A DNA stretch of 64,000 nt, taken from an uncultured Nitrospiraceae bacterium. Its GTDB lineage: Bacteria; Nitrospirota; Thermodesulfovibrionia; Thermodesulfovibrionales; Dissulfurispiraceae. The translations under genes and the position numbers were made by a program. The notes under the pieces are model-generated. The model was not told the origin of the DNA and did not search any database. It was given only the letters and a program-made list of their open reading frames with translations. The stretch spans positions 608,001 through 672,000 of the forward strand of contig CAVSHF010000005.1 of assembly GCA_963727805.1 (NCBI GenBank), read 5' to 3'. Shown here in pieces: positions 1-7,693 of this stretch (within the stretch, counting starts at the first letter, position 1; each line of letters starts with the position of its first letter).

Positions 1-112
1 TGCCTTCAGTGACAATAGTCTTCGTCTCCTCATTCTTCTGTGCGGCAAACGAGATAACGACGCATGTCGCTACTGCTAACAGAGTTACCAGGAACGTTAA
101 TTTAAGCTTCAT
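1..112 (-). CDS. Exported protein, N-terminal fragment (runs off the window)
   Basis: Manual translation MKLKLTFLVTLLAVATCVVISFAAQKNEETKTIVTEG...; signal-peptide-like N-terminus; GGGGTG upstream of the ATG. Confidence 0.6.
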   Translation of the reverse strand, partial: MKLKLTFLVTLLAVATCVVISFAAQKNEETKTIVTEG

Positions 113-381
113 AAAACACCCCCATGCACAAATTTATTTAGACCGATTGTTTGAAGTCTAATATATATGCCCGACCGTATCAAGCGATAACCGAACAACA
201 TCTTTCTGGTCCTTTTTCTTACTTTTTTTAGACACGAATATGGTCTTTGATGAGCCGGATTTGTAAGCCTCCCTTAAGTGTGATTCAAGAGATTCTTTCT
301 TTTTTAGCTATATTCCATCGAAAATGCAAAGTAATCGTCTTCGTAGCTCGGTAAGTTAATGAAAGTAGTGACAGCTGCAGA

Positions 382-1428
382 TCAGTTTTCTATGAAACAT
401 TGCGGATCGTCAGCGAGGTAATTTTCTTGTCCTTTTGCCTTTGAATATGCGTACGCGATTGCCCTGCAGCCGCGGCAATTAGCCCATCTTTTACACGCTC
501 CGCATTTGCCTTGATACTTGTTTCTGTCTCTTAAGTGCTCCAAGACAGGTGAGGTCGCCCAAACTTCGCGCAAGGAATCAGTTTTGACGTTGCCTATAGG
601 TACGTTAAGCCGTCTGCACGGAGTAATCGTCCCATCCGACAGAATGGTTAGTCCAGAGACGCCCGCTGCGCAGCCTCCTGCGGCTACATTGCCCATGTCT
701 TCATCGTTTTCAAGTGACGTTAATTGAGATGCGACAGGATCACCGGTTATGATCTTGAGAGGCGCTGCATCGAGAGCGAATATTTTCCCGTACAGGTTTT
801 TGATCGCTTCCATTTCGATCATTTTATCGAGCATCGCCTCCCCCCTCCCATACGGGACAAGCCTCGAAAACCCAAGCCTCTGGACGCCGAGTGATTTGGA
901 CAGGCCTATCATCTCCATAAAATGTCCGGCGTTCAACGACGAAAGTGTAGCGTTCAATGTAACCGGGACACCGGCATCGACGAGATTTTTCACCCCCCCG
1001 ACGGCCGCCAAGAAGCTGCCTTCGCCCCTGATTTCTTCATGTATCGCCTCAGGCCCTTCCACACTAACCTGCACTCCTTTGATCCCTATCCCGGCGAGTC
1101 TTTGCGCCAAATCTTTATCTATAACTGTCCCGTTGGAAAGTATATATATATCGGCCCCTTTCCACGCAATTTCTTCGAGTATCTCAAAAATGTCCCGACG
1201 AAGAAAAGGTTCGCCTCCAGATATGTTATAGCTCATAGACAGTTTAATACCGTAGGCATCTTCCCAATCCCATATCATCCCGGAGGCTTCTTCGATAATG
1301 TCCATAATAGAATCTAGCGGCAATTCGGCAGGCTTTCTTTCCTGCTGATAGCAGTGGCGGCAACGGAGATTGCACCGCTCGGTAATATGCCATTGAATAA
1401 AAAAATCGTGTGTGTCGTTGACTGACAT
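382..1428 (-). CDS. Radical SAM/SPASM-domain protein, putative peptide maturase
   Basis: FFIQWHITERCNLRCRHC (CxxxCxxC), SGGEP, C-terminal SPASM Cys pattern CAAG...PCRR...CGACKRWANCRGC...DPQC; ATG at 1428 with AGAGGA RBS. Confidence 0.93.
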   Translation of the reverse strand: MSVNDTHDFFIQWHITERCNLRCRHCYQQERKPAELPLDSIMDIIEEASGMIWDWEDAYGIKLSMSYNISGGEPFLRRDIFEILEEIAWKGADIYILSNGTVIDKDLAQRLAGIGIKGVQVSVEGPEAIHEEIRGEGSFLAAVGGVKNLVDAGVPVTLNATLSSLNAGHFMEMIGLSKSLGVQRLGFSRLVPYGRGEAMLDKMIEMEAIKNLYGKIFALDAAPLKIITGDPVASQLTSLENDEDMGNVAAGGCAAGVSGLTILSDGTITPCRRLNVPIGNVKTDSLREVWATSPVLEHLRDRNKYQGKCGACKRWANCRGCRAIAYAYSKAKGQENYLADDPQCFIEN

Positions 1429-1469
1429 AAGCAATCCTCTTATAAGGATACAATTAAAAGCATTCGGTT

Positions 1470-1517
1470 AAAAAAGTAAAGCAGATACGCATCGTCCCTA
1501 TTTTGCGTATCTGCTTT
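1470..1517 (-). terminator. Intrinsic terminator/stabilising hairpin between the peptide gene and the rSAM gene
   Basis: 14-bp perfect inverted repeat AAAGCAGATACGCA (1478-1491)/TGCGTATCTGCTTT (1504-1517), followed on the minus strand by ACTTTTTT. Confidence 0.8.
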
Positions 1518-1526
1518 CATGATGTG

Positions 1527-1543
1527 GCTGCCGACCTGGCAGC
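1527..1543 (-). promoter_or_regulatory. Bacterial SECIS-like hairpin
   Basis: Minus-strand GCUGCC-AGGUC-GGCAGC, starting 11 nt after the in-frame UGA at 1555-1557. Confidence 0.75.
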
Positions 1544-1545
1544 GT

Positions 1546-1659
1546 TTAACTCTTTCAACTGCTTCACTTGCGGCATGCCTTGCCAGGAGAGGTTTTCTTG
1601 AGTCTGTCCCAGAGGACCGCCTCTTTCGCTAGTGCTGCCTTGCTTAGCTCTTTCTTCAT
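1546..1659 (-). CDS. Putative selenocysteine-containing RiPP precursor peptide, 37 aa (CxxUxxU)
   Basis: AAGGAGGTGA RBS; ATG at 1659; MKKELSKAALAKEAVLWDRLKKTSPGKACRK-U-SS-U-KS-TAA with in-frame TGA at 1564-1566 and 1555-1557; SECIS-like hairpin and rSAM/SPASM gene directly downstream. Confidence 0.8.
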
Positions 1660-1684
1660 CCTGTTGTCACCTCCTTTCGTGTTA

Positions 1685-1730
1685 ATAGTTATAAGCTATG
1701 CATGACATTAAATAGATAGCTTATAACTAT
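1685..1730. promoter_or_regulatory. 15-bp perfect inverted repeat (candidate operator) over the peptide gene transcription start
   Basis: ATAGTTATAAGCTAT (1685-1699) / ATAGCTTATAACTAT (1716-1730), 16-nt spacer. Confidence 0.55.
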
Positions 1731-1758
1731 AGTTTATCACTTCTGTAAAAATAGTCAA
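1731..1758 (-). promoter_or_regulatory. Sigma70-type promoter for the peptide/rSAM operon
   Basis: TTGACT-16 nt-TAAACT with an extended -10 TGn. Confidence 0.55.
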
Positions 1759-1770
1759 TTCCCAAAAAAT

Positions 1771-3215
1771 CTGGAGTTTCCTGAGTTTTTATCCGAACTC
1801 GAAGAGGAGTTGGAAGTCATCGCTACCGGCGGCTGATAATCCCCGTAGTGCCGTTTTGTCTGGGAACAGTAGATTGTAGATTCCATCAGCTATAGCGTAA
1901 TTGAAAAAACTCGGCACTCCAAAGAATCGTTTGGACACCAGAAAGACTCGTTCCACCAGCAATCGCAGCTTTATGTTCTGCCCAAGATACACCGCTGCAA
2001 AGTAAGAAACCGCAAGGACCAGTACGACGATATTTCGTATGCTGATATAGCTTCTCACCCGTATATCCTCAAGGTTATAGCACTGTTTGATGTACCGGTA
2101 CGACTCATCGCATTTCCACCGAGTCAGATAGTATTCAACAATCTTCCAGATGCTTTGCTTCTTGCGCATATTGACCGCACAGTTTGTTAACAGCATCATT
2201 GGCTTCATCCCGAATCCTTTTACCACAACCATGTGGAGGGGACGGTCATAGCCTGGAAGTTTAACCGCCACAGCATTGTACTGAACGGCCCGCCGCTTTT
2301 CCCTGCCGTCATCATAGACTATCAGAATACTTTCATGAGGCGTCGGCATCGTCATCGCCATATCAACACAGTGTTTGCGCTTTCCCCTATGCATCAAGTC
2401 CCGCTCCTTCAGCCGAATTACAAATCGTTGAGGCTTATCTCTTGTGAAGTAGTACTTATAGACGACCCCTCGGTCGCCACCGCGATCTATCGCATGGATT
2501 CCCTTATCTCCTATATGGCCGCGTACTGTTTCTATAGACTTCAACAGCTCAGAGTTCTCGCTTTTGACGTCCGCAGCCTCATAGGAATAGGCTTTGCAAT
2601 AAAGAGGTATTACCCGTGTGGTCTCCATATCCGCTGCCACTATTTTGCACAGATGATAGCCGTCACCTATTTCATGTTCACTGCCATCGTATATCTTGCT
2701 TAGCAGTTCCATCTTCTTGGCATATTTCTTCCGTATGTCGCCGGGATCGATCGCAATAACCATATCGTCACTAACCTTTGATGCTCCAAGCCGACAGATC
2801 TCTTCATTAATTGCAGTGGTAAAATCTTCATCGTCAAGGTTGCGAGACAGGCGGTCTTCGGTTTTTATCAATGCCTGCTCCTCTTTCAGTGTTCGAGCAA
2901 TGTTGCTTAGCTTTACGTCTTTAGCTGCCTGGATCCCATATAGCATTTCCTTGATGAGTTTCTGCTTTGGCTTCTTGCAGTTCTTTGAGATGATTCCTGA
3001 GAATTTCGAGAGTTGTCCCTTTAGATTGGCTACTGTCTTAGAGTTCTCGCTCATGGCACCTCCATCTTAGCCACAGATAAGGCTTTCACTATAATAGAGC
3101 ATTCGAAACTCAGGAATCTCCCTCAAAAACAGTCCCCGCCAGATGTTTATCATCAGATACCTTGCTACTTCAATAGGTTAGCTTATTTCTGACCGAAAAA
3201 CTCAGGAAACTCCAG
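1771..3215 (-). mobile_element. IS4-superfamily insertion sequence, 1445 bp
   Basis: 20-bp perfect terminal IRs CTGGAGTTTCCTGAGTTTTT (1771-1790 / 3196-3215); 9-bp target duplication CCAAAAAAT (1762-1770, 3216-3224). Confidence 0.92.
1789..3054 (-). CDS. DDE transposase (IS4-like)
   Basis: AIDPGD, AIDRGGD and YLTRWKCDESYRYIK (YREK-like) motifs; lies between the IRs. Confidence 0.9.
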   Translation of the reverse strand: MSENSKTVANLKGQLSKFSGIISKNCKKPKQKLIKEMLYGIQAAKDVKLSNIARTLKEEQALIKTEDRLSRNLDDEDFTTAINEEICRLGASKVSDDMVIAIDPGDIRKKYAKKMELLSKIYDGSEHEIGDGYHLCKIVAADMETTRVIPLYCKAYSYEAADVKSENSELLKSIETVRGHIGDKGIHAIDRGGDRGVVYKYYFTRDKPQRFVIRLKERDLMHRGKRKHCVDMAMTMPTPHESILIVYDDGREKRRAVQYNAVAVKLPGYDRPLHMVVVKGFGMKPMMLLTNCAVNMRKKQSIWKIVEYYLTRWKCDESYRYIKQCYNLEDIRVRSYISIRNIVVLVLAVSYFAAVYLGQNIKLRLLVERVFLVSKRFFGVPSFFNYAIADGIYNLLFPDKTALRGLSAAGSDDFQLLFEFG

Positions 3216-3439
3216 CCAAAAAATACATTGTCAAAAAATACATTCCCGAAAATACCCAAAAAATAGCCTATGGCCGACCACAATGGAAGGGAGGAATGAT
3301 TAATCGCTGACTAGAATACGGTACATTCCCCGTCCTCGTCAACGCTCTTTGAGGGGCGCTTTGGTGAAACGCACAGCCCGCAGGATCAGCCTATTTCCCA
3401 ATGTCACCTGGTGAAGGCTTCCATATCGGGCATGCGAAT

Positions 3440-3756
3440 CCCCCAAGGTGGAAAGGGCCGTAAGTGTGTTCCAGATTTTCTTTAGAATCTTTACCTTGAC
3501 TGAAGCACAACCGTCAAAGAGGCTGAAGCAGGTGCCTAAGATGAGTACAATTTGGTTCAGTGCAGCGTCTGCGGGAATACACATTAATCCTGTTACTTCG
3601 GGTCCGAGAATTGTGCCGGCTACCAAGCAATATAGTCACGTCGGGAAGGTTGATCTTGTACGATTACTATAACACTCTTACACTGCCATGCAAATGCAGC
3701 AGCCTATCAAAAATGTGTCCCCATTGCTGGATGGGCTGCTGAAACAGCTGCATCAT
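3440..3756 (-). pseudogene. Decayed N-terminal fragment of a CPA1/NhaP-type cation:proton antiporter
   Basis: Across a frameshift reads KINLPDVTILL / LVAGTILGPEVTGL..IPADAALNQIVLILG..FSLFDG..SVKVKILKKIW..L..LSTLG, resembling the GxxLGP...LFxGG pattern of CPA1 antiporters; stops and truncation; ends approximate. Confidence 0.6.
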
Positions 3757-3803
3757 GTTTTATATTTCACCACTCGGTATAAACACGTGTCGGCGAGTAT
3801 TAT

Positions 3804-4313
3804 TCAGTCAGCCACTCCGGACAGATTGTCGAACACATCGGCCATCCTCATAATACCGACAAATTTCTTTTTCCCTTCCAGTACGGGCAATAAAAGAAGA
3901 TCGTGGCGGACCATCAGGAAGGCAGCCCGTGTCAAAAGATCGTCGGGCTCCACAAAATATCTGACCGGCACCATGACCTCGCTCACAGGCCTTTCTACCT
4001 TTTGCTTCGCTTCAGAAATGAAATCACCGGGGAGACTATCGTCGGATTCATTCGTCTGCTGATCCAATGCCTCCGGAGTTAATCTCCAAAATTCAGGACC
4101 CAGCCCCCTCAACAGATCAAGTCTACCCAAGGTGCCCACAAGGTTATACTTCTCGTCAAAAACAAGTATCGCTACAGGGTCCGGTCGATCGCCATGGCCA
4201 GCAAAAGACATTTTCACCAGCTGGATAGCCTGTCCGATTGAAAACCAGTATGGAACATGGGGATAATCGAAAATGTTGACCATCAACTCTTTTACTTGTT
4301 TCTCTCCTGTCAT
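3804..4313 (-). CDS. CBS-domain protein
   Basis: VKELMV...LVGTL...VSEVMVP...LLPVLE...VGIMRMADVF, a tandem CBS pattern; GGAGG RBS. Confidence 0.85.
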   Translation of the reverse strand: MTGEKQVKELMVNIFDYPHVPYWFSIGQAIQLVKMSFAGHGDRPDPVAILVFDEKYNLVGTLGRLDLLRGLGPEFWRLTPEALDQQTNESDDSLPGDFISEAKQKVERPVSEVMVPVRYFVEPDDLLTRAAFLMVRHDLLLLPVLEGKKKFVGIMRMADVFDNLSGVAD

Positions 4314-4413
4314 TCATGCGCCTCCACCATGTAAAATTCATGTGCCCGGTGTCCCCTATTATCAGCAATAATATTGGCTTCGTCAATCAATATCTTCATG
4401 GTATAATAAACGG

Positions 4414-6993
4414 ATGCTTTTCTCAAATAAATTTAAAAAGAAAAATGATGCTGACCTTCGCGACACAACCCTTAGCGAGGCCTTTAAGACCAAATATTCC
4501 TCCTTCCACCGGCTCCTTGCCAAGAATAATGAAGTCCTTGAATTGATGGCCGATATGGAGGAGAAACGGTCGGGTGATTTTCTCTTTGACCGTCGGTATA
4601 TTGAAAATAATGCAGGTATGATTGCCAGCTGCCTGCGGGAGATTATTGAGCTGCTTAATAAGATTTCGGGGGACAGATACAAACTACTCTCTGAGCGGTT
4701 CATTGGTATTGAATCTCAAATCGAGGACATACTTATTAGAAAAAATGAGATTCCTGTGTGCAATTATACCATTCCCTTCGATCTGATCTCTGGTGATATG
4801 ACCGACCGGTTGGGTGGCAAAAACGCCAATCTTGGCGAGGTGCGAAACGTCATTCACTTACCCACCCCGCAGGGGTTTGCCATAAGCACTTATGCGTTCA
4901 AGAAATTTATGGAGCATAATGACTTCATCGGCAAGTTCAGCCAGCAGTTGTCCAGTCTTTCGCTTGAAGACCTCGATGAGCTCAATAATGTTACTGCCGG
5001 CATACAGAAGATGATCGCCTCGGCGGAAATTCCTATTGATATCAAGGAGGCCATCGAAAGAGAAATAGAATCCGTAACTCGAGGCATAACGGCTTCCGGC
5101 CATCCGGCCATGTTCTCCGTGCGGAGCAGCGCACTCCAAGAGGATAGCGAATTCAGTTTTGCGGGCCAATACGCCACCTATTTGAATGTACATGCGGAGC
5201 AAATACTGCAGAAATACAAGGAGGTCCTTGCAAGCCTCTTCACGCCCAGAGCAATTTTTTATTTTAAAACCAAGGGACTCAATGACTTTGATATGGTTAT
5301 GTCTGTAGGTGTCCTGAAAATGATCAATGCAAGGGCGGCAGGCGTAATCTATTCTAGAGACCCTAATAATTCAAAAAGCACCGACCTTATGGTCAGCTCT
5401 GTTCGGGGTCTGGGCAAATGCGTTGTCGATGGGTCGATGACCCCGGAGACCTATATGGTGTCGAGAAGCGGTCTGGAGATCATCCGAAGGGACATCCCGG
5501 TCCAGAAGACTATGTGTGTATGTTCAGCGAACGGATCCGTCCAAGAGGTCCCTGTGCCCGAAGTGCCTTCAGGCGGACAGAGTCTCAGCGATAGTGAAAT
5601 AAAGATTCTTGCCAAGTACACCCTCGATATCGAAAATCACTATGCGTGCCCACAGGACATTGAATGGGCCATCGATGGAAGTAACAACTTCTATATCCTA
5701 CAAGCAAGACCACTGAGGATTGTCGAAAAAGAGACGCCAAGATCCATTCCTACGCGGGTATCCGGTCATACCATTCTGATTGATAAAGGAATCATCGCCT
5801 CCAAGGGGATAGGATATGGAAAAGTACATATGATAAGAACCGACGAGGATCTTAAAAACTTTCCCGAAGGGGCAGTCCTTGTCGCTCGCCGCACGTCACC
5901 AAAGTATGTTGCGGTCATGAATCGTACGAGCGCGATTATTACCGACTTCGGGGGTGCTACTGGCCATATGGCATCCTTGACAAGGGAGTTTCAGGTCCCC
6001 GCAATCCTCGACACCGAGTCGGCGACCGAAAAGTTATCGGAGGGCCAGGAAATAACCGTTGATGCTTACAACTGTAATGTGTATGATGGTAGGGTTGCCG
6101 AACTCATCGAGATGGCAGGTAAAAGGGAAGACCCCTTTAAAGACACCCTCATCTTCAAGACTCTCCAGAAGGTACTAAAGTGGATAGTTCCGCTCAACCT
6201 GATCGATCCCGAGGGCGATAATTTCAGGCCTGAATCATGCCGGACTTTTCACGACATAACCCGCTTCTGCCATGAAATGGCGATGCACGAGATGTTCAAG
6301 ATAACCTCTACCCCTTCTGACGATATCGGCGAGACGAGAAAGCTTATTGCCGGGATTCCGCTTGTATCGTATCTCATTGACCTTGGAGGAGGAATAATGA
6401 TGGGTGCCCCGAAGGTACTCAATCCCGAACATCTCACCTCGGAGCCTCTCAGAGCCTTCTTCCGCGGTCTCGTTGCTTCTAACTGGCCCCAGGCCAAGCC
6501 TGTTGATGCGGGGGGCTTCCTCGGGATGCTCGCCCACACGGCCAGTATCCCCGAGGAGGAACTGCAGCGGACTGGGGAAAAGAGCTTCTCCTTCATCTCT
6601 GAGAATTATATGAACTTTCTCCTGCGGCTCGGCTATCATTTATCGACGGTCGAAGCCTTTGCCGGCAATAACATAAACGACAACTATATACGCTTTTTCT
6701 TTAAAGGTGGAGGTGCAGCGGCTGATAGGAGGCTCAGAAGGGTCAGACTGATCTCCGAGATATTGAAGACCATGGACTTTAAGGTCAAGATTGTTGATGA
6801 TGTTGTAGACGCCATCATCACGAAATATAAGAAGCACTACATCGAAGACAAGCTAGAAATACTCGGACGCTTTACAGCCTTTACGAAGCAACTCGATATG
6901 GTTTTGTACAATGATACGATCACCGATTTTTACACTCAAGATTTCATTAAAAAACATATCATTAAAAATGCCGGACAGGACAAAAAGTCTTAA
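4414..6993 (+). CDS. PEP synthase/PPDK-like protein (ATP-grasp N-domain plus phospho-His swivel domain, atypical C-terminus)
   Basis: LGGKNANLGE, SVRSSA.QED..FSFAGQY, DIEWA, ILQARP, GGATGHMASL. Confidence 0.85.
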   Translation: MLFSNKFKKKNDADLRDTTLSEAFKTKYSSFHRLLAKNNEVLELMADMEEKRSGDFLFDRRYIENNAGMIASCLREIIELLNKISGDRYKLLSERFIGIESQIEDILIRKNEIPVCNYTIPFDLISGDMTDRLGGKNANLGEVRNVIHLPTPQGFAISTYAFKKFMEHNDFIGKFSQQLSSLSLEDLDELNNVTAGIQKMIASAEIPIDIKEAIEREIESVTRGITASGHPAMFSVRSSALQEDSEFSFAGQYATYLNVHAEQILQKYKEVLASLFTPRAIFYFKTKGLNDFDMVMSVGVLKMINARAAGVIYSRDPNNSKSTDLMVSSVRGLGKCVVDGSMTPETYMVSRSGLEIIRRDIPVQKTMCVCSANGSVQEVPVPEVPSGGQSLSDSEIKILAKYTLDIENHYACPQDIEWAIDGSNNFYILQARPLRIVEKETPRSIPTRVSGHTILIDKGIIASKGIGYGKVHMIRTDEDLKNFPEGAVLVARRTSPKYVAVMNRTSAIITDFGGATGHMASLTREFQVPAILDTESATEKLSEGQEITVDAYNCNVYDGRVAELIEMAGKREDPFKDTLIFKTLQKVLKWIVPLNLIDPEGDNFRPESCRTFHDITRFCHEMAMHEMFKITSTPSDDIGETRKLIAGIPLVSYLIDLGGGIMMGAPKVLNPEHLTSEPLRAFFRGLVASNWPQAKPVDAGGFLGMLAHTASIPEEELQRTGEKSFSFISENYMNFLLRLGYHLSTVEAFAGNNINDNYIRFFFKGGGAAADRRLRRVRLISEILKTMDFKVKIVDDVVDAIITKYKKHYIEDKLEILGRFTAFTKQLDMVLYNDTITDFYTQDFIKKHIIKNAGQDKKS

Positions 6994-7104
6994 TATCCCA
7001 TTTGATACCCCAACCTTCGGTCATCCCTTGAACAAATCCATCAGCTATTAATCGGAATATCCCGGCGCCATTCAGCCTATACCTCAATTTTTTATTCTCG
7101 GCAA

Positions 7105-7518
7105 TCAGCTTTTGAGCTGCTCTTTCAGCTTCTTATTTTCTCTCTGTAGCCTGAGCCAATTTAGCGCTTTTTCAATAGTAAAAAGTATTTGTTCCTTTCT
7201 GAAGGGCTTTGTGATGAAGTCAAATGCCCCCTTGCTCAGCGACTCCTCGGCGGTCTCAACGGTACCGTAAGCGGTCATAATTATGACCGGTATATCCGCA
7301 TCGTATTTTTTGACCGCTTCAAGCATCTCAACGCCGTCAAGGCCGGGCATCTTCAGGTCAGTTATGACAAGATCATAGCCCCCTTTCGTTACCAGATCAA
7401 GGGCCTCCGTCGGGTTGTTGGTGGTTATTGTTTCATAAGGTGTCTTGTCCCTGATAATCATGCCAAGTAGCTTAAGCATATCAGGTTCGTCATCAACTAT
7501 CAGCAGCTTTTCAGCCAT
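7105..7518 (-). CDS. Stand-alone response regulator receiver protein
   Basis: LLIVDDE, ITDLKMP, MTAYG, FITKPF; start MAEKLL at 7518 with GGAGG RBS. Confidence 0.88.
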   Translation of the reverse strand: MAEKLLIVDDEPDMLKLLGMIIRDKTPYETITTNNPTEALDLVTKGGYDLVITDLKMPGLDGVEMLEAVKKYDADIPVIIMTAYGTVETAEESLSKGAFDFITKPFRKEQILFTIEKALNWLRLQRENKKLKEQLKS

Positions 7519-7693
7519 GGTGGCCTCCCAGTTCGCAAATCTGTATCGCAACAAATCAGCATATAGAACACGGATAAGATTTTACTATATATCAGCACAT
7601 GGAATCCACACGTCGCCAAGGGTATCGACGGATAACTCTCTTCCATGAGTAGGTTGAGCGTTTCTTATCCCGCACCTCTTTTATTCGCATCTG

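Noticed and set aside
1603..1626. Lys/Trp pair (KEAVLW) as a streptide-type KxxxW crosslink motif
   Set aside because: Spacing is KxxxxW and it lies in the probable leader; there is no other support
1564..1659. Reading the peptide as a 31-aa ORF ending at the first TGA
   Set aside because: Not excluded, but disfavoured: a second TGA in CxxUxxU register, a TAA three codons later and a SECIS-like hairpin at canonical spacing are unlikely together by chance
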